Source of the DNA: a virus | Virus record (IMG/VR): IMGVR_UViG_3300008050_000019 | DNA length: 49,320 nucleotides | Direction: 5' to 3' (one strand) | Part shown: in pieces, positions 7,872 through 16,869 of the stretch | How the letters are laid out: each line of letters starts with the position of its first letter | Numbering within the stretch: position 1 is the stretch's first letter | Translations under genes and position numbers: made by a program | Notes under the pieces: generated by a model | Seen by the model: only the letters and a program-made list of their open reading frames with translations | Told to the model about the DNA's origin: nothing | Databases searched by the model: none

Positions 7872-7968
7872 ATACTCGATTTTGTTTTAACCTCATCATG
7901 TTAAATAATTATATAACATTTTTTTTCATTTAACACTTAATTTAAAACAAAATTGAAATTCTTATTCT

Positions 7969-8154
7969 TTAATCAGCAAACTTGTGAATGTTCCCACCCA
8001 CCTTCGTAACCATATTCTGAATGAACTCAGCACGCCCCAGAGCCCGCCAAGCAATTTTTAGTTCATCATCAATACGCTGGGTTGCATCCTTGATGGTTTC
8101 CTTTAACTTTCTAAAAGACTCTTCCATCTCTTGGTCAGTTTGATCATTACTCAT
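7969..8154 (-). CDS. hypothetical small protein (61 aa)
   Basis: six-frame ORF between tRNA genes. Confidence 0.35.
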   Translation of the reverse strand: MSNDQTDQEMEESFRKLKETIKDATQRIDDELKIAWRALGRAEFIQNMVTKVGGNIHKFAD

Positions 8155-8201
8155 AATTTATTTTATCACCTATAATATCCAATGACATATTTTATTTTTA
8201 A

Positions 8202-8288
8202 CGGAAGGCAGAAGGATTGAACTCCATCCACTTTTAAGAACCCACTGATTAGCAAACAGCGACCAGAACCAATCTGGTATTACCTTCC
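8202..8288 (-). tRNA. tRNA-Ser (anticodon GCT), class II
   Basis: acceptor GGAAGGT/GCCTTCC, D arm CCAG-ATTGGTT-CTGG, anticodon loop TTGCTAA, long variable arm. Confidence 0.65.
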
Positions 8289-8293
8289 AAAAG

Positions 8294-8407
8294 TTACGTT
8301 ACCAGGAGTCGAACCTGGCTTGTCAACCAGACACCAGATGAAAACATCTTGAATGGATTCGAACCACTATTACTCGCGCGCAGAGTATATACCGACTTAC
8401 TAACGTA
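8294..8407 (-). tRNA. irregular or nested tRNA-like locus (two T-arm signatures inside one perfect 7-bp acceptor pairing)
   Basis: TACGTTA (8401..8407) pairs perfectly with TAACGTA next to T arm CCAGG-TTCGACT-CCTGG (8302..8318); a second T arm AGTGG-TTCGAAT-CCATT lies between. Confidence 0.3.
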
Positions 8408-8413
8408 ACCAGA

Positions 8414-8486
8414 GGTACTCGAAGGGGATTGAACCCTCATCGTTCGGACCACAGCCGAAAGCTCTAACCATTGAGCTACGAGCACC
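8414..8486 (-). tRNA. tRNA-His (anticodon GTG) with genome-encoded G-1
   Basis: acceptor GTGCTCG/CGAGTAC preceded by G, D arm GCTC/GAGC, anticodon arm TTCGG-CTGTGGT-CCGAA, T arm GAGGG-TTCAATC-CCCTT. Confidence 0.8.
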
Positions 8487-8491
8487 ATAAA

Positions 8492-8563
8492 AGCCTGCGA
8501 GAGGAATTCAACCCCCATTTCTTGATTACAAAACAAGAGTAATAAGCATTATACTACACAGGC
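8492..8563 (-). tRNA. tRNA-Thr (anticodon TGT)
   Basis: acceptor GCCTGTG/CGCAGGC, anticodon loop TTTGTAA, T loop TTGAATT (G56). Confidence 0.6.
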
Positions 8564-8896
8564 ATTATTATTTATCTTTGTTGTGTTTATATTATAAAGC
8601 GAAATTTTCACTTTAACACATAAAATAAATATAAATTTTTCTTTTATTCAATTTTCAAATAACTCTTCCAACCTCTTTCAAGGCCTAAAGGTTACTTGAA
8701 AGAGGGCAGGAAACTAGGTTGGTAGTTTTGTACCTTGCGCTGTCTTATCACTTACACGCAAAAAGTGAATGGGATTAGTTAAATAGTCCCATCTTTCATT
8801 TGCGCAAATTTTAATATGATTATACATAGCAGTTTTAACCTTCGTTGTGATTAATATATACCACTAGGAAAAAGCTTTGTTCAATAAAAAATGATT

Positions 8897-9550
8897 TTAT
8901 TTTAAATAATAGCTTGCAGCCCTATCTGGAGCTGGAGTGTCTTTTAAATAAATTTCTTTCTCTTTTCTCCAAACTGAAGGGCTTGAAGAGACTTTCCTTA
9001 ACTTCGGGAGAAAAAACATACCATCTTTTTCTTCAAGGAGATGCTGAGGAAGTCGCATGTCTTTCTTGCTTGACCCTGGTAAATAGATTTGTGCATACAT
9101 GTTCGGTCCATATACTCTGTCTAAGGCGTGCTTGATGTCATTTTTCATTGTATTTCCAATGAACTCATACATGCCATAACATTCATTATTTCTTAGTGGC
9201 CTATTTGTTATAACATATAAATGAACTTTTCCCGTTGTCGATGGTATTGCTATATATGAATTTTCCTTAAATGGGAATTCGCTACTTCTCTCCCATTCAT
9301 AGAAATAACTCCAATTTCTTATGTCAATATCAACCCACATAAGGTGTTTATCTCCGCCTGCGGTTAAAACCTCACTTGCCTGAGTACCAACAATAATGCC
9401 CTTTCTGCATAAATCAGTAAGAAATCGAAATTTTTCATCTAGAGTCGTGAATTTCCCAAAGTGGCAAGATGAGGGCATCTTAAGAGATTTCGTTATTAGG
9501 TATGTAGTCCAGTATAGACTAATATCAGAAATCATACAAATGATTCCCAA
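8897..9550 (-). CDS. hypothetical protein (217 aa)
   Basis: six-frame ORF; 19-nt overlap with upstream gene. Confidence 0.55.
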   Translation of the reverse strand: MGIICMISDISLYWTTYLITKSLKMPSSCHFGKFTTLDEKFRFLTDLCRKGIIVGTQASEVLTAGGDKHLMWVDIDIRNWSYFYEWERSSEFPFKENSYIAIPSTTGKVHLYVITNRPLRNNECYGMYEFIGNTMKNDIKHALDRVYGPNMYAQIYLPGSSKKDMRLPQHLLEEKDGMFFLPKLRKVSSSPSVWRKEKEIYLKDTPAPDRAASYYLK

Positions 9551-11136
9551 ATTTTAATTTCTTCATCTACCCAATGGGCGAAATCTATGTAGTTTTTGAA
9601 ATCAATCGGTTGACCATCATGCGTTTCACCAGACGTCAAATGCCCATCATAAATTTTATTATATAGATTATTATAATACGCAATAGCCCCAGCTGCCTCT
9701 GCGATCATCTCTGATGTTGCGATCGCAGAGATATTACCATCCCAATCATCATCTTGCATGAACGCGGCGTCTTGTAACACACCTGCTGTACGTTTTACGA
9801 AGTCCTCATATGCATCAGGACTAAGCTGTTTTTGTAGCGCTTTAATATACTTGAATAAATTGTCTGTGTTGCCTTTGTATATCCATTTAAAATATGCTTC
9901 TGGAACGAGCTCTGGAGAAGACATGACACGTTTCAGTATTTTAATCGATAATACCGGGTTGTCATCCCAATTCCTGGCATACCCATCCAAAAATCCCTTC
10001 GCAATTGACTCATTCCCACTATCAAATATTTGATTTTGTTGTTGTTTTGTTACACCATTTTCTTCTGACGCATATCTTGCTATGAAATAGTTAACTCCTT
10101 CATCATTCGCTGCAAGCGCTGCCTCTATTAAATCATTAGTGTATTTAAATCCCTCTCCATATTCGAATACGCGTAGCGCGGTAGCCGCGGATCTTACTCT
10201 GCCTGAGTTTATTAGATCAGTGACGAGTGGCCCAGTGATACTCACGGGCTCGTCATACAGCATGTCACTGATATGAGCATGCAATGTTTCATCGCTTGTT
10301 TCATTAAAAAGCTTTTCTCTGATTTCTGATGGCGTATTCGGATTTTCGAGTAGCACCGTCTGACAAGTTTTATCATTCGCATACTTTTTAATGAGTTCCT
10401 GATCATCAGTTTTTGACAAAGTATATAACAACATTTCTCCCGAACTCATGCAGTCTTCGTGAATGACTTTTATAACATCATCACCCACCATATTCTCGAG
10501 TATATCGGCGCTAAATGTAGCATCCGTTGCATCAAAATTCTGTTGTGTGAAAGGTTTAACTTCCGTGCGCACCATTGCGACTGCTATCTTATGGTACTTA
10601 TCATCTTTATCTTTTGATTTATCGATAATAAAGTAAAACTTCACCCCTCTCTTAACATATGAAGCAAAATAATTATGAGACTGAGTAGCAGCGATACACC
10701 ACTTTGTCCCCCTACCATAATAACATGACGCTTCCTTTGTCGTAACTCTCAAGACGACTATGCTTCCCTGTGCATATATTACCTGAGCACCACTCTTGGC
10801 AAGTTTTTTGTCTTCGCCTTTTGAAGTTCCGAGAATTTCAAAAGCATTTCGCAAATCGGCCAGCGTAGCATATGAATTTATATCTTTAACTTGCAGTCTT
10901 TGCTTTTCTTTTTCAAATTTCTTTATTAAGTTGACAATTTCTGCAACAGGTTCATCATTAATTGCTTGTTTTAGCATCCAGTCAAGATACTTTTTTGTAG
11001 GTGACGGGTCTGCAATAGCTAATCTATCAATTATTTTAATATGGTCAGGATACTTAACTTTTAAGTCATCAATCCTACCTTCCGAAAGAAGTGTTTTTGC
11101 TAAAACTTCTTTAATAAGCCTTTTGATATTGTCCAT
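9532..11136 (-). CDS. hypothetical large protein (534 aa)
   Basis: long ORF with even composition; no recognised motif. Confidence 0.65.
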   Translation of the reverse strand: MDNIKRLIKEVLAKTLLSEGRIDDLKVKYPDHIKIIDRLAIADPSPTKKYLDWMLKQAINDEPVAEIVNLIKKFEKEKQRLQVKDINSYATLADLRNAFEILGTSKGEDKKLAKSGAQVIYAQGSIVVLRVTTKEASCYYGRGTKWCIAATQSHNYFASYVKRGVKFYFIIDKSKDKDDKYHKIAVAMVRTEVKPFTQQNFDATDATFSADILENMVGDDVIKVIHEDCMSSGEMLLYTLSKTDDQELIKKYANDKTCQTVLLENPNTPSEIREKLFNETSDETLHAHISDMLYDEPVSITGPLVTDLINSGRVRSAATALRVFEYGEGFKYTNDLIEAALAANDEGVNYFIARYASEENGVTKQQQNQIFDSGNESIAKGFLDGYARNWDDNPVLSIKILKRVMSSPELVPEAYFKWIYKGNTDNLFKYIKALQKQLSPDAYEDFVKRTAGVLQDAAFMQDDDWDGNISAIATSEMIAEAAGAIAYYNNLYNKIYDGHLTSGETHDGQPIDFKNYIDFAHWVDEEIKIWESFV

Positions 11137-11196
11137 TATATATTATATATTGCTACGTCATTGTAATTTAATTCTAGTTTTTCTATAATTAATATT

Positions 11197-12078
11197 ATGT
11201 TTAATCGTAAGAACACTCAGAGAAGAAATATAGCATTGATAATGTGTTTGTTCACATTCAGTATTGCATGCAGTAATGTACCAAACTGCGCTAGCATTAA
11301 TATTGCCCCACAAATCGCCGCAGTTCATGACACAAAAAATCTCCCCTTCAATTCTTTTGTCACTGTCAGAAGTAAGACTTTTGAGCGGACATGCACACCA
11401 TCGTTGGCGTTAACAAGCACAGCAGCAGATGTATGCCCGATAAATATTAGAATAGCTTCTGCATCTGGTGTCGTGATTTACAAATCAATACATGATACTG
11501 GCGTTGCATACGTCCTAACAGCAAAGCATATGTGTAATACCAAGCAAGAGATTAAAGGAGACGTAATAAACCATCAATTTGTAATTAAAGATTTCAACTA
11601 TGATTCGTATGAAGCGCTATCATTTGTAAAGTCTGATGCATCGGATTCTTGTATATTGATATTTGCGCACTCGCCCGATTGGATGCAGCCAGTTGAAATC
11701 ACAGAAACTGAACCATCACTTGGTGAGCGTGTATTTAATTTAGCAGCGCCAGAAAGTATGTCTGCGAAACAAACGATGATGGTCTTTGAAGGGTTCTACT
11801 CAGGTATATATGAAGACTACCATATATTTACTCTGCCGGCGTCACAAGGGTCATCTGGTTCACCGATTTTCAATAAAGAAAATCAACTTGTTGGAATGAT
11901 TTTTGCCGTTCCAACAAGTTTAAAAGACGAAAGACTGGGCGACAGTTCAACAAGAGTTACTAAACAAACTATGGAAAATTTAGCATATGCTGTAGGCATC
12001 GATGATATCAAAGCGCTTGTTACCGTACTAGTAGACGTCGATGCTAATATAGACATCGGCAGCATAGAAAAGAATTAA
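11197..12078 (+). CDS. secreted trypsin-like (S1) serine protease, predicted lipoprotein
   Basis: His motif VLTAKHM, Ser motif GSSGSPIF, N-terminal signal ending FSIAC. Confidence 0.75.
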   Translation: MFNRKNTQRRNIALIMCLFTFSIACSNVPNCASINIAPQIAAVHDTKNLPFNSFVTVRSKTFERTCTPSLALTSTAADVCPINIRIASASGVVIYKSIHDTGVAYVLTAKHMCNTKQEIKGDVINHQFVIKDFNYDSYEALSFVKSDASDSCILIFAHSPDWMQPVEITETEPSLGERVFNLAAPESMSAKQTMMVFEGFYSGIYEDYHIFTLPASQGSSGSPIFNKENQLVGMIFAVPTSLKDERLGDSSTRVTKQTMENLAYAVGIDDIKALVTVLVDVDANIDIGSIEKN

Positions 12079-12629
12079 CGTCTACCCAATACCCTCTTTT
12101 GATATTTCTTCATCTTCCGAAGCAGAATATCACGCTTCACCCTCGAAAGTCTATCAAAAAATAGCTTGCCATCCAAATGATCAATTTCATGTTGTAAGCA
12201 GCATGAAAGCAGGCCAAAAGCTTCAACCTCAATATTTTCGCCATTCTCATTTAAGCCCTGAACTTTAATATACGTTGAACGCTCAACCTTACCTGATTGT
12301 CCAGGGACCGACATACAACGCTCAGTCCATATAGATGAGCCTCGGGATTCAACAAGCTTCGGGTTTACGATTGCCAAGCGTCCATGGCTCTTGACGTTGC
12401 TGGTGTCTTCACCATCAGCATCAAGAGGCTCAACATCAACGACAATGACACGCTCAGTCCTTCCAACTTGTGTCGCAGCGAGGCCAATTGAGCCGTGTTG
12501 ATCAATAGTATGAAACATATCTTCGATCAGTTTTCGTGTACTGTCATTAACAACCCCTACTGCCTGTGACGGTACGCGAAGTAATTTATTAGGAGCTTTA
12601 ATAACATGAAGCAATGTAGGATTATTCAT
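12075..12629 (-). CDS. def: peptide deformylase
   Basis: GLAATQVG, CMSVPG and HEIDHLDG motifs; convergent 4-nt overlap with protease gene. Confidence 0.85.
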   Translation of the reverse strand: MNNPTLLHVIKAPNKLLRVPSQAVGVVNDSTRKLIEDMFHTIDQHGSIGLAATQVGRTERVIVVDVEPLDADGEDTSNVKSHGRLAIVNPKLVESRGSSIWTERCMSVPGQSGKVERSTYIKVQGLNENGENIEVEAFGLLSCCLQHEIDHLDGKLFFDRLSRVKRDILLRKMKKYQKRVLGRR

Positions 12630-12666
12630 TTTTTATAATTTATCACCAAAGAAATACTTTAACATA

Positions 12667-12796
12667 CTTAATATTCTTCTTTCCATGAATCTTGTTTTCC
12701 CAGTAAGTCTTGAAGTTCGGCGACGCTATCTTCATCACCTGACCATATAATTTCTTTGATCTCTTCTATCAAAGAGATTAGTTCTTGTTGTGACAT
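12667..12796 (-). CDS. small acidic ORF (~42 aa) upstream of def
   Basis: ATG...TAA MSQQELISLIEEIKEIIWSGDEDSVAELQDLLGKQDSWKEEY, below ORF-track cutoff. Confidence 0.25.
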
Positions 12797-13000
12797 ATCA
12801 GTTATATCTATCATAGTAGTTAGGTATTCATTTGCTAGTGAAATGTTAACGCCGCTGCCGCTTATTTTTGATAATCCTTGGTCTTTTTGGGCCCCTGATG
12901 CGACTCATCCGTGTCATGCTGTAGTATGCACGGCGTACATAATAGTCTTTAAAAAATGTCCACTTTATCATCCGACGTCGGTGCCCGGATATTTTTAATA

Positions 13001-13019
13001 TTGACATGTACGTATAATA
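13001..13019 (+). promoter_or_regulatory. candidate promoter for the cysteine-motif gene array (TTGACA ... TATAAT at 13014..13019)
   Basis: TTGACATGTACGTATAAT 17 nt upstream of first array gene; spacer is atypically short. Confidence 0.3.
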
Positions 13020-13035
13020 CCACAAAATAAAATGA

Positions 13036-13353
13036 TTGACACATTATTTTATTTTGTGCATTATGCATAATTTACGTGGTATTTTTAATAAAATGAAAAT
13101 TCATGAAGGAGATCTTATATGGCATCATAACCGATGCGAAACGTTTATCGTCATTGAACTCGCTGCTTTTGATCTATGGAGATGGAATCCGAATTCTGAG
13201 ATAGTCTGCAGATGCTCAAACTTCGCCTGTGTAGATATTCGTGTACTAAATATAAAAACGGGTGAATTGCATAACTTCGAGACGTGCTCAGATAGCTACC
13301 ATGAACATACACAGGAGTCGACAATATTGCTTATCAGGAAGCTAACTCCATAA
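13036..13353 (+). CDS. cysteine-motif array paralog 1
   Basis: HEGDLIWHHN ... CRC ... ETCSDSYHEH; likely true start at internal M (13093). Confidence 0.55.
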   Translation: MTHYFILCIMHNLRGIFNKMKIHEGDLIWHHNRCETFIVIELAAFDLWRWNPNSEIVCRCSNFACVDIRVLNIKTGELHNFETCSDSYHEHTQESTILLIRKLTP

Positions 13354-13619
13354 TGAACATACATGAATTAAAAGATGGAGATCTTATTGCGGCTCGCCAT
13401 AATAGAAAACTATTGATAGTTGCTACTACATTTACCTATGGTAATGATATACCAGCACTTAAGAAGCCAATATGCCATTGTGGTATGCCCGCACACAGAA
13501 GTATAAAGTTATACGATTCAGCATCAAAAACCGACTTCGAAATTGTTTGTTGCAAGAATCCAGAATGCTTAGAAGATCCTTCATTAAACGGTGCTAAGTT
13601 GGTATGCTCACTTGAATGA
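13353..13619 (+). CDS. cysteine-motif array paralog 2
   Basis: KDGDLIAARHN ... CHC ... CCKNPEC; ATGA overlap. Confidence 0.6.
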   Translation: MNIHELKDGDLIAARHNRKLLIVATTFTYGNDIPALKKPICHCGMPAHRSIKLYDSASKTDFEIVCCKNPECLEDPSLNGAKLVCSLE

Positions 13620-13839
13620 AGGGAAAACGGCGAAATTTAAACCAGGAGATATGCTTTGCTCAGAAACTTTCTGCCAAAAGTTCATCATATTAAATGAAGT
13701 TATCGGTAGTGCCTGGGCATACGAGAGATTTACTTTAAACCAATGTGGTGAACTTCCTCCCTGCGGAGTGTGCCACGCTTGCCTTGTGTTGAATACAGGT
13801 TCAATGTTTTGGACACTGATACGAATGAAGTCTACGTAA
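13591..13839 (+). CDS. cysteine-motif array paralog 3 (divergent)
   Basis: KPGDMLC ... CGELPPCGVCHAC. Confidence 0.5.
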   Translation: MLSWYAHLNEGKTAKFKPGDMLCSETFCQKFIILNEVIGSAWAYERFTLNQCGELPPCGVCHACLVLNTGSMFWTLIRMKST

Positions 13840-13915
13840 GGCGCTTATGTTCATCACCAAGGTGCATTAGCAGCTTTATGAAAAACTGGATTTTGGTTAA
13901 GATAGAGGTTTCATT

Positions 13916-14158
13916 ATGAGTGAGATACTTAAGGCGGGTGATTTATTACGTTACTGGCTGCCAAGCTTTGACGGACGATACTATATTGTGCTAGAGAAAC
14001 CAGCATGCGAGACTGGTGTCTGTCATACGTGCCTTACAAAATACTATTATATAACTTTTTTTGACCTTCAATGTAGCGACTTACTACAAATAGTGTTCTG
14101 TGATGATTTTAAATGCGAGACTCAGCGAAATTGGAGTCTTGTATCTGATGGAGTGTAG
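13916..14158 (+). CDS. cysteine-motif array paralog 4
   Basis: KAGDLLRYW ... CHTC ... FCDDFKCE. Confidence 0.55.
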   Translation: MSEILKAGDLLRYWLPSFDGRYYIVLEKPACETGVCHTCLTKYYYITFFDLQCSDLLQIVFCDDFKCETQRNWSLVSDGV

Positions 14159-14381
14159 GCTCAAGCTCGGCGAAATGTGGAAAACTGGCCATAATAGTAA
14201 GTGCTTCATAGTCATTGCTCATCCAAAAGCTTTATCACATCAGTGCCCACAGTGTGGGGGCGTGTGGTACAGAGTACAAATATATTATACGTCAAATCCT
14301 CTCCTGCGAGTAGGGTTGCTTGTCTGTGAAGCTGATGAATGCTTCAAGAGCACAGCATTAAATTTTGTGTCCTCAATCTAG
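14100..14381 (+). CDS. cysteine-motif array paralog 5
   Basis: LGEMWKTGHN ... CPQC ... VCEADEC; true start probably internal. Confidence 0.5.
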   Translation: MMILNARLSEIGVLYLMECRLKLGEMWKTGHNSKCFIVIAHPKALSHQCPQCGGVWYRVQIYYTSNPLLRVGLLVCEADECFKSTALNFVSSI

Positions 14382-14430
14382 TAATATATCGTGTATTTCG
14401 TATACTACAAGTAATAAAATTATTTAGGAA

Positions 14431-14676
14431 ATGAATAACCCATTTGAAATAGGCAAGTTATACCATGATACATCCGATACTGAGAAAGCCATTGTTATAT
14501 CTGAACCTTGGATTTTTTGTCGTTGGGATTGCACCACATGTGGACAGGATATCTATGCAGTAACTACTGTAGCATTTCCCCCTATATATTCCGAAGAAGT
14601 CAGGCGTGATAGAATAATATACTGTAAATCGCCAAAATGCAAAGATTACGAGACGACATGGGTGGTTTGTGCTTAA
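14431..14676 (+). CDS. cysteine-motif array paralog 6
   Basis: EIGKLYHD ... CTTC ... YCKSPKC. Confidence 0.6.
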   Translation: MNNPFEIGKLYHDTSDTEKAIVISEPWIFCRWDCTTCGQDIYAVTTVAFPPIYSEEVRRDRIIYCKSPKCKDYETTWVVCA

Positions 14677-14911
14677 CAAGCATGATCTGAAGGTTGGTGC
14701 ATTATGCTATATGAACAACAAAATCATAGCAGACTATGATTTTTTTGTTGTTGTAGATGTCAACTTACCATGTGATGCAATATGTGCACCCTGTAATCAC
14801 CCTTCCCTATTAATAGACGCTTTGTTTCTTCGTGACTACATCCTCATGCGTTATACGATTTGTGCTGCAGGATGTTCCACAACATTATATGAGATTGAGG
14901 TGGTAGTTTGA
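14669..14911 (+). CDS. cysteine-motif array paralog 7
   Basis: KVGALCYMNN ... CAPC ... ICAAGC. Confidence 0.55.
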   Translation: MLNKHDLKVGALCYMNNKIIADYDFFVVVDVNLPCDAICAPCNHPSLLIDALFLRDYILMRYTICAAGCSTTLYEIEVVV

Positions 14912-15210
14912 AATATGACCCGGCGTTCCATCAAGAGTCATTTATGTCGGCAAGCGTTGTCGGGGTTGGTGATATTTGCATCTTTTATGGCTACAAAAAC
15001 TCGGCGGCGCTGGTGGCTGAGATTCGTGATTTATCTGAGGGCAGCCGGAAATGTTATTGTACACAAGACACGAACAAAGAGCAAACAATGAAGATGATAA
15101 AATTATATTATGTGCAGCATAACATTATCGCCACAGAGGTGTGTTGTACATCTCCATTATGTCATAGGTTTCGATACAGAACAGCTGTCGTTCACGCAGG
15201 CATCGAGTGA
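14908..15210 (+). CDS. cysteine-motif array paralog 8
   Basis: GVGDICIFYG ... CYC ... CCTSPLC; ATGA overlap. Confidence 0.6.
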   Translation: MKYDPAFHQESFMSASVVGVGDICIFYGYKNSAALVAEIRDLSEGSRKCYCTQDTNKEQTMKMIKLYYVQHNIIATEVCCTSPLCHRFRYRTAVVHAGIE

Positions 15211-15554
15211 TGGAGATTTTGCCAGTGGTGATGCCGTCCTTTACACCCGCTTTTTTTAGTAGCCGCACAAAAGTGGCTGAGGTTCATGATTTATTACATT
15301 TTACGTGTGATGGTCGAAGATCATCAGCGATCGTCCTCCGCGTCGCACCTATATGTACAATACGCAGATGCAGATGTATTTTAGGTAGTACAGGTCCCTG
15401 GAATGGGCCAGAAACGTTTACATTGGCCCAAGTGTATGTATTTTTTTGTTCAACAGGATGTCTAATTAATTTAGATTATTGTAATAGTCCGACGTGTAAC
15501 ACCGCACATTTTATTGTTCAAAACACCACCACACTCGAAAGGCTGTCAGAATGA
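15207..15554 (+). CDS. cysteine-motif array paralog 9
   Basis: EVHDLLHF ... CRC ... YCNSPTC. Confidence 0.6.
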   Translation: MMEILPVVMPSFTPAFFSSRTKVAEVHDLLHFTCDGRRSSAIVLRVAPICTIRRCRCILGSTGPWNGPETFTLAQVYVFFCSTGCLINLDYCNSPTCNTAHFIVQNTTTLERLSE

Positions 15555-15874
15555 CAATGACAGAAGCAACGGCATGTGATTTATTTATTAGACCACATAT
15601 GAGTACCGTCGGTGCTGCGTTCGCACCCAGCGATTTGTTATATTTTCCGCCCCGATCTTATGAAGCACGGTATGGTGTTGTTCTTAAAGTAGAACAAGAG
15701 ACCAGCAAAAGCCAATGTAGATGTACCATCGCCGCAGACCCTAAAGATCGCGCGTTTTTAAGCTATGTCTACGTATATCTTTTTGATACTCATGACATCA
15801 GTAAATTAACATATTGTATTAATACTAAATGTGGCAATGGCTGGTTCTACCCTAAAGTAATAGGTAACCTATAG
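15551..15874 (+). CDS. cysteine-motif array paralog 10
   Basis: CRC ... YCINTKC. Confidence 0.6.
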   Translation: MTMTEATACDLFIRPHMSTVGAAFAPSDLLYFPPRSYEARYGVVLKVEQETSKSQCRCTIAADPKDRAFLSYVYVYLFDTHDISKLTYCINTKCGNGWFYPKVIGNL

Positions 15875-15875
15875 T

Positions 15876-16220
15876 ATGGATCTTTTGTCCCATATATACA
15901 TAGTGCCATTTATGAAAATAGGCGGCTCATACCCACAGGTACATGATTTAGCCTTTATTCCGTGGTATAGTCATCTTGCGAGAAACAAACATATATGTAT
16001 TATTGTAGAGATAATATCAGCTAAAACCGTAATTTGTAAGTGTTCGAAAAGTGATGTCCACAAAGGCGCAACGCCAATTCTGTACGTTCAAGTATACATT
16101 TTAAGTCTTAAAATTACTAAAAATTTAACTTGTTGTATTAATCCGGAATGCACGCAGCCTAGCAATAGCATGGAAACAGTTAGCATACTTCCACAGAAAG
16201 GTTCAAATGGACGATTATAG
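15876..16220 (+). CDS. cysteine-motif array paralog 11
   Basis: QVHDLAFIPW ... CKC ... CCINPEC. Confidence 0.6.
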   Translation: MDLLSHIYIVPFMKIGGSYPQVHDLAFIPWYSHLARNKHICIIVEIISAKTVICKCSKSDVHKGATPILYVQVYILSLKITKNLTCCINPECTQPSNSMETVSILPQKGSNGRL

Positions 16221-16497
16221 ACTTTCATTTATACATACTGACGTTCTTCCGGAAGCAGGTGATTTAATTATCGTACCTCATGTAGATTTATACGCAATCG
16301 TTATTGGCACGCCAGAGTCTCACTCATATTTTTGCCGGTGCATGAGTTCAAGAAAAGAAAAATATAGGTCAGTCAGTTCTGTTAACCTATATTTCATTAA
16401 CATGAATAAGTATCGGACACTGACATGGTGCACTGCACCTTCTTGTGATGAATCTGGGATTTATCCAGTTTTCATTACAATACGAACAGAAATATGA
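16207..16497 (+). CDS. cysteine-motif array paralog 12
   Basis: EAGDLIIVPH ... CRC ... WCTAPSC. Confidence 0.6.
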   Translation: MDDYRLSFIHTDVLPEAGDLIIVPHVDLYAIVIGTPESHSYFCRCMSSRKEKYRSVSSVNLYFINMNKYRTLTWCTAPSCDESGIYPVFITIRTEI

Positions 16498-16524
16498 CGT
16501 GCTATATACAATCAAGGTATCCAA

Positions 16525-16869
16525 ATGACTGAGAAAATCAAAAAACCAATTGCATATATCACACCTAGCCTTTCAATTCGTGATCAATATGACGCAGTTA
16601 TACAACGACCAGAGATCGGTGATATGTTGGCGTTGTTGACATATGCTCAAACAATGTCCTATGACAAAGCAATTATCATTGAAACTGAAGCTTTGGTCGA
16701 CAAGTGTGCTTGCTGGTGCAGCAGGCATGGGGAGCCAATGTGGCTTACTGAGTTGACATGTTTCGATGTAACAACGAGGGTGCTGTACACACCAACGTAT
16801 TGCAAATCTCCCAATTGTGATGAACACAGAAATTTGTCACGAATTATACGATATAGGAGCAAGAAATAA
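16525..16869 (+). CDS. cysteine-motif array paralog 13
   Basis: EIGDMLALL ... CACWC ... YCKSPNC. Confidence 0.6.
   Translation: MTEKIKKPIAYITPSLSIRDQYDAVIQRPEIGDMLALLTYAQTMSYDKAIIIETEALVDKCACWCSRHGEPMWLTELTCFDVTTRVLYTPTYCKSPNCDEHRNLSRIIRYRSKK

Noticed and set aside
3729-8536. ORFs overlapping tRNA genes (3729..3968+, 5316..5594-, 6617..6811+, 7620..7904+, 8294..8536-)
   Set aside because: Each is largely made of tRNA sequence. Cloverleaf evidence is stronger than coding evidence.
548-16827. Antisense or short ORFs inside well-supported genes (548..790+, 2683..2883-, 3274..3540+, 8914..9135+, 9758..10033+, 10796..11188+, 11883..12065-, 14458..14679-, 16573..16827-, 16659..17024-, 17147..17491-)
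   Set aside because: Each overlaps a longer ORF on the strand that carries the operon context, motifs or coupling. No independent start signals.
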